Shown: positions 35,406-47,271, numbered from the stretch's first letter. The stretch is 64,000 bases of DNA from Syntrophales bacterium (GCA_963668175.1 OY764159.1:4352001-4416000); one strand, 5' to 3'. The notes: generated by a model from the sequence alone, not told the origin. A program made the numbers and translations.

Positions 35406-36647
35406 TTATGAAGTCCGGACGTCGTGTTCCGGATACGCTGAAATATTGTGAACGCTCAGGTCTGCGCCGCGCATCTCCTCCTCGTTGCTCAACCTGATAC
35501 CCACGGAACTCTTCAGTCCTATATAAACCAAAGTCCCGACCACGAGCGCCATGATGACGGCGGCGAGACTTCCCGCCACCTGGGCTCCAAATGTCACGCC
35601 CCCCATGCCGCCGAGAAAGGTCTGCCCGAAAATACCCGTGGCCACGCCTCCCCACGTACCTGTAACGCCGTGGAGCGGCCACACTCCCAGCACATCGTCT
35701 ATTTTCATCTTTTCCGTCTCCCATTGGAATCCGAAGATGAAAATGATCGAGGCGATGCCGCCGATGAAAAAAGCACCGAAAGGATGGACGACATCCGATC
35801 CTGAACAGATGGCGATCAACCCCGCCAAGGCCCCGTTATGGATGAATCCGGGATCATTCTTGGAAAAGACAAGCGCGAAGAGGACCCCCCCGACCATGGC
35901 GAAAAGCGAATTGACCGCCACGAGTCCGCTTATGCCGTTGATATCCTGGGCGCTCATGACGTTGAATCCGAACCAGCCGACGCAGAGGATCCAGCTCCCC
36001 AGGGAAAGGAAGGGGATATTGGAGACCGGGATACCCTGGCTGATCCCGTAAGTCCAGCGGCCGATCCGCTGCCCCAGAATGATCACCGCAGGCAATGCGA
36101 GCCAGCCGCCCATGGAATGCACGACGACGGACCCGGCGTAATCGTGGAATTTAGCACCTAAATTTTGATTGAGCCAATCCTGAAAGAATGAAAACTGCCC
36201 CCAAATGATTGACTCAAACAGGGGGTAGCATAATCCCGCGAGGATGGCTCCGGCCAGAAGCTGGGGCCAGAATTTGGCCCTCTCGGCGATGCCGCCGGAA
36301 ATAATGGCGGGAATGCAGGCGGCGAACGTCGTCAGGAAGAAACAGTGGACAAGATCGAATCCCCTGGCCCCAAGGACGACTTTACCGTTGAAGAGGTTGG
36401 AGAGCGTCCCGGCATCCATCCAGAAATTGATGCCGTAGGCAATGGGAAAACCGACCAGAAAATAGACAACCGTTGAAACGGACCAGTCGGTTATGATCTT
36501 GACCAGGGCGTTGACCTGATTCTTGCGCCGCACCGTTCCGACTTCCAGAAATGCGAATCCGGCATGCATGGCAAAGATCATGACGGCGCCCAGCATCAGA
36601 AAGAGGGTGTTGCTCGAAAATTGCAGACTTTGTAATGTTTCGTTCAT
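35406..36647 (-). CDS. amt: ammonium transporter
   Basis: 'HAGFAFLEVGTVR', 'ISGGIAER', 'DYAGSVVVH', 'GWFGFN', 'DDVLGVWPLHG'; GGAGG RBS before ATG 36647. Confidence 0.96.
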   Translation of the reverse strand: MNETLQSLQFSSNTLFLMLGAVMIFAMHAGFAFLEVGTVRRKNQVNALVKIITDWSVSTVVYFLVGFPIAYGINFWMDAGTLSNLFNGKVVLGARGFDLVHCFFLTTFAACIPAIISGGIAERAKFWPQLLAGAILAGLCYPLFESIIWGQFSFFQDWLNQNLGAKFHDYAGSVVVHSMGGWLALPAVIILGQRIGRWTYGISQGIPVSNIPFLSLGSWILCVGWFGFNVMSAQDINGISGLVAVNSLFAMVGGVLFALVFSKNDPGFIHNGALAGLIAICSGSDVVHPFGAFFIGGIASIIFIFGFQWETEKMKIDDVLGVWPLHGVTGTWGGVATGIFGQTFLGGMGGVTFGAQVAGSLAAVIMALVVGTLVYIGLKSSVGIRLSNEEEMRGADLSVHNISAYPEHDVRTS

Positions 36648-36711
36648 GAGGCCTCCCGTCAAAGATAATATGTGGGAGAAACGGATTCTCAACCACCTTG
36701 TTCTGCCTTTT

Positions 36712-36727
36712 AGCAACATCGAGGCCA
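36712..36727 (-). promoter_or_regulatory. sigma54 (-24/-12) promoter of amt-glnK-glnD
   Basis: Minus strand TGGC-CTCGATG-TTGCT with canonical GG-N10-GC spacing, about 65 nt upstream of amt. Confidence 0.75.
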
Positions 36728-37174
36728 CTTCTCGGCACGGCAGAGCAAGTTTTGGGAAGGACGGGAGGAAAGCCGTCACAGCATTGACTTAAGAGAGAAA
36801 GAAATAAAAAAAAGAGGAAGATAGACAGCCTAGAAACGGGGCATGGCCCCCCCATTTATCTTACAATTATGTTCAATCGTGGGATAACGAAAAACAAATT
36901 TGTATCCCGAATGTTTTTTTCAAAACAAACAGACGTACCGGGGGTTCGACTTGAGAAAATTACAGTCCCCACAGTGTATTTCCTCTCAAACCGGAAGGCC
37001 GCAATTCATGCTCAGTCCACAGGGATAGACTCCGGAACAAGGGATAGTTGATAAAAGGGATTGGCCGGCAGCGGTGAGGTTTTAAGACATATCCAGGATT
37101 CATCCCTGCCGGGAAGGCCGGCAACTGCCATTCTTTTTGACTGGAACTGGGCCGAGGGTGAACTTTCCCGGTTC

Positions 37175-38761
37175 TTATTTACGGTTCCAGATCGCCAGGG
37201 TATCCGGCGATCCCTGGGCGCGAATGCCGTTGTCCGTCAGAATCTCTTCCGTTGCGGCAACCATCTCCTTGTGAGGAAAGACCAGCGTTTCACCGCCCCG
37301 CTGGGCGAATTCGAACTTGGTCATGTCCTCCCGGGTATCACGCAAGACCTCAACGAGATGACGGAGATTCTTGATGGGCTTGTCGTTGACGGTCTTGACC
37401 ACGCCGGCGACCGGATTGGAGTAACCGATGGCAAGCTTGTTCGGAAAGAAGGGAGAGGAAACCACGACCAGTTCTTCGCCTTCGAATGCCGGCGCATCAC
37501 TCATCCTTGTGACGAGGGGACTTGCAACGGCGATCCTGCTCGGCAGAATGCCTGCGGTAAGAAACTGCACCGTGGCGGTCGAAAAGACAAGCGGCCCGTA
37601 AATAAAATAGGACGGATAACTGCCGACCAGGGGCTTTATCAGCATCGGGCGAGAAGAAGAAACCGGCACCTGGACCATCATGGTTTTGCCTGCCCTGACC
37701 ACAGTCAGCGGAACCATGCCGTTTTTTGCTACTTTCTGGATCAGATAATGAAACCGGACGCGAATGTTGTCATTTAACTTAATCATGCCCTGATTGTCGA
37801 TCGGGGTTTTGTCAATTCCGGTAATGATATCCCATTTCCTCAAAGGGTAGTTCTTATCGGTTCGATAAGGCTCGTGGACGACGATACCTTCGACCGTCTT
37901 GTCCACCTTGAGAAATTTCCTCAGGGTCGGATTTTCGAGGGTCTGGAGTTCGTCGAACATGGCCGGTTTGCCTTCATAATTTCCTTTATTATCGGCTATA
38001 TCCCGGAGAAACAATTCTATCTCCTCACAGGGGATAATGTAGCCTATATTCTGCGCACCGCCGCCAAGCCGACTGAAGGCGAGACCGATCATCTTGCCGC
38101 CCACCACAGCCGGACCGCCGCTGTTGCCCGGATTGATAGCGGCATCGATCTGAATCCTCAGACCGGAACCTGTATAGTTATAACTCGCAAATTCGATGCG
38201 GGAGACGATACCCTTCGTGATCGACAGACTGGTGCCGCCGATGGGAAATCCGTAAGCTATGACGGTATCCCTTATCTCCGGCAAAGTGTTTGCACGGGCC
38301 AGCGGCGGGTACTTGCCGAACAACGTTTCATCCTCAAGTTTAAGGATGGCAAGGTCTATATCCGGAGCAATGGCCTCGACCCTGGCCGATATTTTGTCGC
38401 TGGCCTGGTTGGCCTGAACCTGTACCTGGCTCGCATAAAGAACGACATGGGCATTCGTCAAGATGCGCTTACCTTCGATGATGACGCCGCTGCCCGTGAC
38501 TTCCTGCGGTGCTTGTTTGGACCATGGTTTGTATAGATCGGGATTACGCTTCGTCGCAAAAATCTTTACGACGGAATTTTCGACCTGGGTGGATTCTGCG
38601 GCAGAAGGCGTTTTGTCTGCCTTAGCGCCGCCGGGGGAAAGCTCAGCGCCGACACCGACCGACAAAACCGGGCCGGATATGGATACGATGACAAAAAAAG
38701 CCACTAGCAGTGCGAGCTTCATATGGAAGCGATTCAGTCCGAAAGTACCGATTCTTTTCAT
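37175..38761 (-). CDS. HtrA/DegP-like serine protease with PDZ domains (Deg2/Do-like type)
   Basis: 'GSGVII', 'LTNAHVV', 'DLAILK', 'QIDAAINPGNSGGP'; signal peptide; start uncertain (38761 or 38722). Confidence 0.92.
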   Translation of the reverse strand: MKRIGTFGLNRFHMKLALLVAFFVIVSISGPVLSVGVGAELSPGGAKADKTPSAAESTQVENSVVKIFATKRNPDLYKPWSKQAPQEVTGSGVIIEGKRILTNAHVVLYASQVQVQANQASDKISARVEAIAPDIDLAILKLEDETLFGKYPPLARANTLPEIRDTVIAYGFPIGGTSLSITKGIVSRIEFASYNYTGSGLRIQIDAAINPGNSGGPAVVGGKMIGLAFSRLGGGAQNIGYIIPCEEIELFLRDIADNKGNYEGKPAMFDELQTLENPTLRKFLKVDKTVEGIVVHEPYRTDKNYPLRKWDIITGIDKTPIDNQGMIKLNDNIRVRFHYLIQKVAKNGMVPLTVVRAGKTMMVQVPVSSSRPMLIKPLVGSYPSYFIYGPLVFSTATVQFLTAGILPSRIAVASPLVTRMSDAPAFEGEELVVVSSPFFPNKLAIGYSNPVAGVVKTVNDKPIKNLRHLVEVLRDTREDMTKFEFAQRGGETLVFPHKEMVAATEEILTDNGIRAQGSPDTLAIWNRK

Positions 38762-38968
38762 ACGATGCCCATAACATAGCGAAATCGTTTCGTCAAACAA
38801 TATTCGGCATTTGCGTGGAGGCATCCATCCTTCGCACGGGAAGCGCCTGCGCCCCCTCCTCGATAAGGCATCCCGTCCACCCCCATCATGTGGCGAAAAG
38901 ACCGGTCCGGAGACGGTTTCCGGCCTTCATCTCATGGAATCCTCCGGCGTCATCACCGGTAAAATGCC

Positions 38969-38997
38969 TTGACTTACGATCCTGCAACCACTAAAAT
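38969..38997 (+). promoter_or_regulatory. sigma70 promoter candidate for rpoH
   Basis: TTGACT-17 nt-TAAAAT. Confidence 0.6.
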
Positions 38998-39035
38998 TTT
39001 AGGAAGTATATTGCAACGATTAAGGAGAATATAAT

Positions 39036-39896
39036 TTGGACGCACCAGCAGTTACAGGGACATTAGATGTTTATATCGCTGAAATTAACCGATTCGACGT
39101 ACTGACCGCAGAGCAGGAATTCAGCCTTGCCGTTAAATTTAAAAAATACAATGACATGGAGGCAGCGGAAAAGCTTGTTGTCTCCAACCTGCGGTTTGTA
39201 GTGCGGATTGCGCACGAATATCGCAATTACGGAATGAAGCTGGCCGATTTAATCCAGGAAGGTAACATCGGCCTCATGCATGCGGTCAAGAAATTCGATC
39301 CCTATAAGGGGTACCGCCTGATCTCGTATGCCGTGTGGTGGATCAGGGCCTATATTCAGAACTACATCATCAAGAGTTGGAGTCTCGTCAAGATCGGCAC
39401 GACCCAGACCCAGAGAAAGCTTTTTTTCAAACTCAATCAAGCCAAAAAGAAGTTGGAAGCCCTGTCCCAGAAAAATCCCGAATTCGGAGAAATCGCCGAA
39501 TCTCTTGGCGTCAAGAAAGTCGAGATTGAAGAAATGGATCTCCGCTTGACGAACCGCGACGTCTCGCTGGATGCCGCCATCAACGAAGACGGCGACACAA
39601 CCCATATGGACTATCTTACCTTCGACGGAGAGGACCAGGAAACGGCCTTGATCAAAAAAGAGGAAATGGATCTGATTAAAGACAATATTGCCGGCGCATT
39701 GGCGAATCTAAGCGAGAAGGAAAGCTATATCATCAAAAACCGTATCATGGCCGACGATCCCGAAACGCTTCAGGAGATCGGCAACCGTTACCGTATCACG
39801 CGGGAAAGAGCCCGGCAGATCGAGAAGCAGGCGTTGAAGAAGCTGGCCTTGGCCCTTCCCTATCTGGGCAAGGAGCCGGAGTTGCTGGAGGGCTAG
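39036..39896 (+). CDS. rpoH: RNA polymerase sigma-32 factor
   Basis: 'DLIQEGNIGLM', 'SYAVWWIRA', RpoH box 'QRKLFFKL', 'TRERARQIE'; TTG start with AAGGAG. Confidence 0.93.
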   Translation: MDAPAVTGTLDVYIAEINRFDVLTAEQEFSLAVKFKKYNDMEAAEKLVVSNLRFVVRIAHEYRNYGMKLADLIQEGNIGLMHAVKKFDPYKGYRLISYAVWWIRAYIQNYIIKSWSLVKIGTTQTQRKLFFKLNQAKKKLEALSQKNPEFGEIAESLGVKKVEIEEMDLRLTNRDVSLDAAINEDGDTTHMDYLTFDGEDQETALIKKEEMDLIKDNIAGALANLSEKESYIIKNRIMADDPETLQEIGNRYRITRERARQIEKQALKKLALALPYLGKEPELLEG

Positions 39897-41248
39897 TCGG
39901 CAACATCCCCCCGGGCAAGGTTTTCGAACGCCGTATACTTTTCAAGAAAGGCCAGCTTGATAGTGCCTGTCGGCCCGTTACGCTGTTTGCCGATGATGAT
40001 TTCGGCGATACCTTTTTCGGGATTATCCTCCGATCGGTTATAAACCTCATCCCGATAGATGAAGGCGATGACGTCCGCATCCTGCTCGATGGCGCCCGAC
40101 TCCCTGAGGTCGGCCATCTGGGGCCGCTTGTTCGTCCGGTCTTCGACCTTTCTGTTCAACTGGGAGAGGGCGATGACGGGGACGTTCAGTTCCTTGGCCA
40201 GGGCCTTCAGCGACCGGCTTATTTCCGATATTTCCTGCTCCCGCGAATCCTTGAAGCCGCCGCTGCGCATGAGCTGGAGATAATCGACGATCACAAGCCC
40301 CAATCCCTGATCCGCCTTGAGTCGCCTCGCCTTGGCCTTCATTTCCAGAACCGTGATGGCCGGCGTATCGTCTATAAAAATAAGCGATTCCGAAAGCTTG
40401 CTCGCCGCGGAAATCAGCTTCGGCCAATCCGTCTCTCCCAGGAAACCCTTTCTGATGCGCTGGGAATCCACTTTGGCCTCCGAAGCCAGCATACGGATGG
40501 CCAACTGCTCCTTGGACATTTCCAGGGAAAAGATGGCTACGGGTGTCCTGCTGTCCAGGGCCGCATTTTTTGCGATATCGAGCGCAAAGGCCGTCTTCCC
40601 CATACTGGGACGCCCGGCGATGATAATGAGATCGGATTTCTGCAGACCGGAAGTCTTATCGTCGATTTTTTCGAATCCCGTAGGAACACCGGTGACCAGT
40701 TCCTTTTTCTCGTAAAGTTTTTCAATGGTCTTGATCCCCTCCTTGATAAGGGTTTTGAAGGGATAAAAGGAGGGTCTGACCTTGTTCTCCGATATTTCGA
40801 AAATGGCGTGTTCCGCTTCATCGAGCACGGTGTCGATATCGGCACTCATGTTGTAGCTGTTGTTCAGGATGCCGGTGGCGGCCTCGATGAGGCCCCGCAG
40901 GATGGCTTTTTCCTTAACGATCTTGGAATAATAGGCGATATTGGCCGCCGAGGGCACATTATCCACCAGGGAGGCAAGATAAACCCTGCCTCCAACCTGA
41001 TCGAGCAGTTTTTTGTCTTTTAAATTATTGCTGAGCGTAACGACGTCGCAAGGCTCGTTCCTTTCGGACAATTCGAGTACCGCGGCAAAGATTTTGCGAT
41101 GCACGTCGCTGTAGAAGTCATTGGTATTCAGGATCTCCAAGACATTGTTCAAGGCTTGATTATCGAGCAGTATTCCCCCCAGAATCGATTGCTCCGCTTC
41201 CAGATTCTGCGGCGGAACCTTGAACGAAGATGTATCGGGATCTTTCAT
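39893..41248 (-). CDS. dnaB: replicative DNA helicase
   Basis: 'PPQNLEAEQS', 'GRPSMGKT', 'VDYLQLM', 'LSQLNR', 'DLRESGAIEQDAD', 'KQRNGPTG'. Confidence 0.98.
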   Translation of the reverse strand: MKDPDTSSFKVPPQNLEAEQSILGGILLDNQALNNVLEILNTNDFYSDVHRKIFAAVLELSERNEPCDVVTLSNNLKDKKLLDQVGGRVYLASLVDNVPSAANIAYYSKIVKEKAILRGLIEAATGILNNSYNMSADIDTVLDEAEHAIFEISENKVRPSFYPFKTLIKEGIKTIEKLYEKKELVTGVPTGFEKIDDKTSGLQKSDLIIIAGRPSMGKTAFALDIAKNAALDSRTPVAIFSLEMSKEQLAIRMLASEAKVDSQRIRKGFLGETDWPKLISAASKLSESLIFIDDTPAITVLEMKAKARRLKADQGLGLVIVDYLQLMRSGGFKDSREQEISEISRSLKALAKELNVPVIALSQLNRKVEDRTNKRPQMADLRESGAIEQDADVIAFIYRDEVYNRSEDNPEKGIAEIIIGKQRNGPTGTIKLAFLEKYTAFENLARGDVAD

Positions 41249-41256
41249 TACGTTAC

Positions 41257-41703
41257 CTAGGATTCAGCAACGACAGAAACCTTGATTTCCGCTGCGACAC
41301 CGCCGGGGAATTTAATCTTGACGGGGAATTCGCCGAGCGCTTTGATCGGTTCTTCAAGCACAATCCACCGTTTGTCCACATCGATCCCATTCTCTTTGAG
41401 AACGGCTTCTATGTCTTTCGCATGAACCGAACCGAATAACTTGTCCTGTTCTCCGATCCGCCGTTTGATCGTGCAGACGACGCCGGCGGCCTTGGCGGCC
41501 ATGGCTTCGGCTGTTTTCTTCTGTTTTTCCAGTTTCTGCAAAACGATTTTCTTCTCTTGCTCAATGACTTTTACGTTACGGCCGCTGGCCTCAACGGCCA
41601 ATCCCTTGGGGACCAGGTAATTTCTAGCATATCCGTCCGCTACCTTGACGGCGTCCCCGGCCTTTCCCAAGGATTCAATGTCTTCTTTCAATATCACTTT
41701 CAT
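41257..41703 (-). CDS. rplI: 50S ribosomal protein L9
   Basis: 'MKVILKEDI..LGKAGD.VKVADGYARNYL', 'KLFGSV'. Confidence 0.97.
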   Translation of the reverse strand: MKVILKEDIESLGKAGDAVKVADGYARNYLVPKGLAVEASGRNVKVIEQEKKIVLQKLEKQKKTAEAMAAKAAGVVCTIKRRIGEQDKLFGSVHAKDIEAVLKENGIDVDKRWIVLEEPIKALGEFPVKIKFPGGVAAEIKVSVVAES

Positions 41704-41723
41704 TCCGCACCTCCTTATGCTGA

Positions 41724-42710
41724 TCAAACATCAATGGTTTTGTCTTTCTTGCGAATAAGCTTCCTGAAATCAATCCACAGATCGAAAAGCCCGACCATGG
41801 CAATAATCAATATCAGATACTGTATCGTAAATACGAGCAGATAGAACGCATATCTAAAGAACCAAGGGACCCGCCTTTCCTTGAAGAGATAGCCGACAAT
41901 GGCAAAGCCCTGCAGCAGATAAACGAACATGCAAATGATGAGAACATTGAGGCCTGTCGTCTCAATCCAGGGCGGCGCCGGCATCAGTATGGCCCCGACA
42001 AGACACATCCCCGAGATAATGAGTACCCAGACAAACTTTTCAGGGGCCTTCCAAACGGAAAGGTCTCCAAAGTCGGGATAGGGAAGCTGCCTTAACTGAA
42101 GAAAGGCCTTTCCCGATATCACATTCATGATGACCGTCAAAGCGACCGTGATGAGAAACAGGGCCGGGAAAATCATCGTAAACAACTCCGTGATCTTGGG
42201 CAAATCAGTCTTGATCATGGCGATCATTTCCTGAGAAAGCCCCTGGCTCTCGTAGTATTGTATATTTTCCTGAATCACGGCACTTATATTCTTTTCAACC
42301 AGCGACCACGGCATCTGCCCGGAGACATGACTCTGATAGCCCAGAAAAAGAAGAAACAGACCGAGAATCGCAACCACGGGGAAGATAACGGCCGCCTCTA
42401 CCGAACTTCGCCTGCGGAATATTTCCGACAGGGTAACGCCTATAAATCCCATGGCGAAAAAGACCAGCAGATGCCATTCCGTATGCATGAAAACAAGGGT
42501 GATGAATACAAGAACCGCCGACAGGGAGAATACAACGGCCCCACCTCCGCGGCCCAACTTCGAGAAATAATAGAGAAGCGGCAGAGGTGTAAATACGATG
42601 ATCACGGACCCGATAAAGGGGATAAAGGAAGCCGCTAGAAAAAACAGGGCAGATACAGCCGCACCCGTGACGATATTCTTCAAGAAAAAAGCAACGTGCC
42701 CTTTATTCAA
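41724..42710 (-). CDS. YybS/DUF2232 family membrane protein
   Basis: Multi-TM, 'PLPL', 'LQGFAIV', 'GLFDLWIDFRK'; canonical position between rpsR and rplI. Confidence 0.88.
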   Translation of the reverse strand: MNKGHVAFFLKNIVTGAAVSALFFLAASFIPFIGSVIIVFTPLPLLYYFSKLGRGGGAVVFSLSAVLVFITLVFMHTEWHLLVFFAMGFIGVTLSEIFRRRSSVEAAVIFPVVAILGLFLLFLGYQSHVSGQMPWSLVEKNISAVIQENIQYYESQGLSQEMIAMIKTDLPKITELFTMIFPALFLITVALTVIMNVISGKAFLQLRQLPYPDFGDLSVWKAPEKFVWVLIISGMCLVGAILMPAPPWIETTGLNVLIICMFVYLLQGFAIVGYLFKERRVPWFFRYAFYLLVFTIQYLILIIAMVGLFDLWIDFRKLIRKKDKTIDV

Positions 42711-42942
42711 GACCGGTATCCATCGCTTTTGTATGCCGCGCCGCTGATTGCTACGAACCGTTGGTCGCCGGACACCGATTTAACGATATCGGGAATAAGC
42801 CCCGCTAAAAAGACAAAACACCGCCATGCTGAAACCATATGCTGCAAACTGCCCGCAACAACGGTCATTTTCTGGTGTCTGTTTATCGTAAAACCGTCGG
42901 TCCTGCAACGCCCCTGCACCAAGAGCAGGACGGCCCGTGAAA

Positions 42943-43212
42943 TTAATTCTCGCTGACGGCGAAGGGCATCAGAGCTATCGTCCTGGCCCGTTTAATCGCC
43001 ACAGTGACTTCGCGCTGATGGGAGGAACAATTTCCAGTAATGCGCCTCGGCATGATCTTTCCGCGTTCCGTCGTATAGTCCTTAAGGATTTGAGGGTCCT
43101 TGTAGTCAATTTTGATCTCGGAATCTGTACAGAACCGGCAGAATTTTCTCCTGTGGAAAAATTTCTTCTGGGGTCTTGACGGCCGGTTTGTCGTTCTGGT
43201 TGGCTCGCTCAT
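42943..43212 (-). CDS. rpsR: 30S ribosomal protein S18
   Basis: 'RKFCRFC', 'IDYKD', '[12 protein letters not shown]', 'AIKRAR'; Zn-ligand-containing form. Confidence 0.98.
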   Translation of the reverse strand: MSEPTRTTNRPSRPQKKFFHRRKFCRFCTDSEIKIDYKDPQILKDYTTERGKIMPRRITGNCSSHQREVTVAIKRARTIALMPFAVSEN

Positions 43213-43215
43213 GGA

Positions 43216-43614
43216 TTATTCCTTCCCTTCTACTGTTTCAGGGGTTTTTGCTGGCTCCGTTGCTGGTGCCTCTTCGGCCTTTTCCGCTTTCGCGGCGATT
43301 TCTTTCTGCAACGCCTCAAGATCGGCATGGGGTGACGTGACAATCGTCATGTACTTCAAGACTTTGTCGTCGATCTTGAAATTTCTTTCCAATTCTTTGA
43401 CAATGGCGCTGCTACCGGCATAATCGAACAGAACATAATATCCCCGGGTCTGTTTCTTGATTTCATAAGCCAGTCGCTTCTTACCCCATCGGTCAACCTT
43501 TACGACGAGCCCTTTCAGGCCGTCTATGATCGAAACCGCCCGATCAATGAGGGCGCTCACGTCCTCATCGGACAAATCCGCCGCAGCTATAAAAACCGTC
43601 TCGTATCTCCTCAA
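43216..43614 (-). CDS. rpsF: 30S ribosomal protein S6
   Basis: 'RRYETVFI', 'WGKKRLAYEIKK', 'GYY'; TTG start at 43614 after GGAGG. Confidence 0.96.
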   Translation of the reverse strand: MRRYETVFIAAADLSDEDVSALIDRAVSIIDGLKGLVVKVDRWGKKRLAYEIKKQTRGYYVLFDYAGSSAIVKELERNFKIDDKVLKYMTIVTSPHADLEALQKEIAAKAEKAEEAPATEPAKTPETVEGKE

Positions 43615-43620
43615 AATCTT

Positions 43621-43666
43621 CCTCCTCTCGGCTCTAAAGTCCGGATACGGGGTCCGGACAAGGAGT
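43621..43666 (-). promoter_or_regulatory. S6:S18 ribosomal protein leader RNA
   Basis: Minus strand CTCCTTG-[TCCGGA hairpin]-TTTAGAGCCG-AGAGGAGG: anti-SD CTCCT pairs with the SD, and a CCG precedes it as in the known S6:S18 leader. Confidence 0.65.
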
Positions 43667-43827
43667 CCTCTTTTTTTAAAGGATAGCGTATTATAACATC
43701 CATGTCCATAAATCAAGCATTTTATCGCCTTCATAATAGCGGGTGTAAACCATGGCGGTGCGTTCATTTTCGGCAATATGGAAGATTATTCCGCCCGCTC
43801 TCTTAGGCCGGAACGACGAATTCTGCC

Positions 43828-43856
43828 TTGACACCGAATAGATTCTCTATTAGACC
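43828..43856 (+). promoter_or_regulatory. sigma70 promoter candidate for greA
   Basis: TTGACA-17 nt-TAGACC. Confidence 0.45.
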
Positions 43857-43917
43857 TTAAACCATCAAGACAACATCCATATATGATTTGGAGAGGCAGC
43901 ATAAGAGAGGGAAAATC

Positions 43918-44400
43918 ATGGACAAAATTCCTATAACCAAAACAGGTTTCAATAAACTGAAGAAAGAACTGGAGCATCTGAAGACGGTTGAAATGCCGGA
44001 AAACATACGGGATATCGAAACGGCCAGGGGACACGGCGACCTGTCGGAAAACGCCGAGTACACGGCGGCCAAGGAGAGACAGGCCTTTATTCACGGCAAG
44101 GTACAGGAACTGGAGAAAAACCTCTCTATGTCAAAGATCATCGATATTGAGAACCTCTCCACGGAAAAGATCGTTTTCGGCGCTTCTGTCACGATCGAAG
44201 ACATCAATACAGGCGAGAGCATTACCTATCAACTCGTCGGGCCCTTTGAATCCGATATCAACAAGAACCAGATCTCCGTAACCTCGCCTATCGGCAAGGC
44301 GCTTATCGGCAAGAAGATCGGAGAAGAGGTGCGAGTCAAAACCCCGGGAGGCGTCCGTGAATTCGAAGTCGTCGATATTTTTATGAGCGATCCCCTTTAA
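43918..44400 (+). CDS. greA: transcription elongation factor GreA
   Basis: 'ARGHGDLSENAEY', 'ISVTSPIGKALIGK', 'TPGG'. Confidence 0.97.
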   Translation: MDKIPITKTGFNKLKKELEHLKTVEMPENIRDIETARGHGDLSENAEYTAAKERQAFIHGKVQELEKNLSMSKIIDIENLSTEKIVFGASVTIEDINTGESITYQLVGPFESDINKNQISVTSPIGKALIGKKIGEEVRVKTPGGVREFEVVDIFMSDPL

Positions 44401-44434
44401 TCAGGTTATCTTTGTAAACATTTTCAAACGCAAT

Positions 44435-44472
44435 AAAAAAGCCGGAAGTTCATCCTTCCGGCTTTCTTCTTT
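44435..44472. terminator. bidirectional intrinsic terminator between greA and atpC
   Basis: AAAAAAGCCGGAAG-TTCATC-CTTCCGGCTTTCTTCTTT. Confidence 0.85.
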
Positions 44473-44493
44473 CCACAACGGTGTGGTTTATTT

Positions 44494-44910
44494 CTAACTT
44501 GCGGAATGTCTGTCTAACGCGGCCAACCTGGCGATCGCCCGGGCCAGCGCTGCTTTTTCCTTTTCGAACTCGATGTCTTCCTTCGTCATCTTCGACAAAC
44601 TGGATTCGGCCCTTTCTTTCGCTTTTTGGGCCCTCTCCCTGTCGATCATGTCGGACCGTTCCGCCGTCTCCACCAGGACGATCACCTTGGAAGACGTCAC
44701 TTCCGCGTAACCCATACTGACCGCGTAAAAGGTCTTCTTATTATCCTGGGTATAGTTGAGCACCCCTGCATCCAGAGATGAGAGGAGCGAGGCGTGTCCG
44801 CGGAGGACCCCGAATTCTCCCTCCGAACCCGGAATGGTCACTTCTTCGATCTTACCGCTGAATGCCATCTTTTCAGGGGTTACTATCTCCAGCATCAATT
44901 CATCAGCCAT
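44494..44910 (-). CDS. atpC: ATP synthase epsilon subunit
   Basis: 'LEIVTPE', '[14 protein letters not shown]', 'GYAEV'. Confidence 0.96.
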   Translation of the reverse strand: MADELMLEIVTPEKMAFSGKIEEVTIPGSEGEFGVLRGHASLLSSLDAGVLNYTQDNKKTFYAVSMGYAEVTSSKVIVLVETAERSDMIDRERAQKAKERAESSLSKMTKEDIEFEKEKAALARAIARLAALDRHSAS

Positions 44911-44933
44911 TATCTTCGAACCTCCGACCTATC

Positions 44934-46367
<1,434 letters not shown>

Positions 46368-46395
46368 TTATCCTCGCAGTCTTTCCCGGTCCTGC

Positions 46396-47271
46396 CTAAG
46401 ACTTTGCCAGAGCCTCGGTACCGCCGACGATATCCATCAATTCGGCCGTAATCGCAGCTTGTCTCGCCTTGTTGAATTTCAAGCTCAAGCTCGAGATCAA
46501 CTCATCACAGTTCTTGGTCGCATTGTCCATCGCCGCCATACGGGCACCGTTTTCCCCGGCATTCGTCTCCAAAAGCGCCCGGAAGATCAGGACATGGACG
46601 TACATATTGAGGAGCTTGTCCAGAAGGACTTCCTCCGAAGGTTCATAAATGTAATCCAATCTCGCATCGGCCGAGACTTCTTCCTCCGACCCCACGGTGG
46701 GGAGGGGGAACAAGCGGACCACGGACGGTTTTTGCACCGAGACATTCCGGAATTCGTTGTAGATAAGATACAACTCATCGTACTCCCCGGCGACGAACGG
46801 CGGAATGAGATCATCGCTGATCTGCGCGGCAAGAGATATCGTGAATCTGGCCAGCGCGTCGGTCCGCTCGTTCATGATCGGCATTTTCTTCCGGAAAAAG
46901 TCGCGCCCCTTGCGGCCAACCGGGACGAGAACGACATCCTTTCCTTCGGCTTTCTTCGTCGAGATGAACCGCTCCGACGCTTTGATCAGGTTCGTATTGA
47001 AACCGCCGCAGAGCCCGCGGTCGGAAGTCATGCAGATAACCCTGATCTTCTTCGGGTCTCTGACCGCCAGGAGCGGGTGCGAATCCGTCGATACGCGCAG
47101 GGCCAGGCTGCTCATGACGTCCATAAACTTAATGGCATAAGGCCTGAAGTTCTCCATCCTCTGCTGGGCAGCTTTAAACTTGGCAGCGGCCACCATATTC
47201 ATGGCCTTGGTGATCTGCTTCGTCTTACGAACCGCTGCAATCTTGACTTTAATGTCCTTTAACGCGGCCAT
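46396..47271 (-). CDS. atpG: ATP synthase gamma subunit
   Basis: 'ITKAMNMVAAAK', 'SDRGLCGGFN', 'ARMAAMDNAT', 'RQAAITAEL'. Confidence 0.98.
   Translation of the reverse strand: MAALKDIKVKIAAVRKTKQITKAMNMVAAAKFKAAQQRMENFRPYAIKFMDVMSSLALRVSTDSHPLLAVRDPKKIRVICMTSDRGLCGGFNTNLIKASERFISTKKAEGKDVVLVPVGRKGRDFFRKKMPIMNERTDALARFTISLAAQISDDLIPPFVAGEYDELYLIYNEFRNVSVQKPSVVRLFPLPTVGSEEEVSADARLDYIYEPSEEVLLDKLLNMYVHVLIFRALLETNAGENGARMAAMDNATKNCDELISSLSLKFNKARQAAITAELMDIVGGTEALAKS

Noticed and set aside
36731..36748. Second sigma54-like GGCAC motif on the plus strand
   Set aside because: GG-to-GC spacing is off by one and there is no downstream plus-strand gene.
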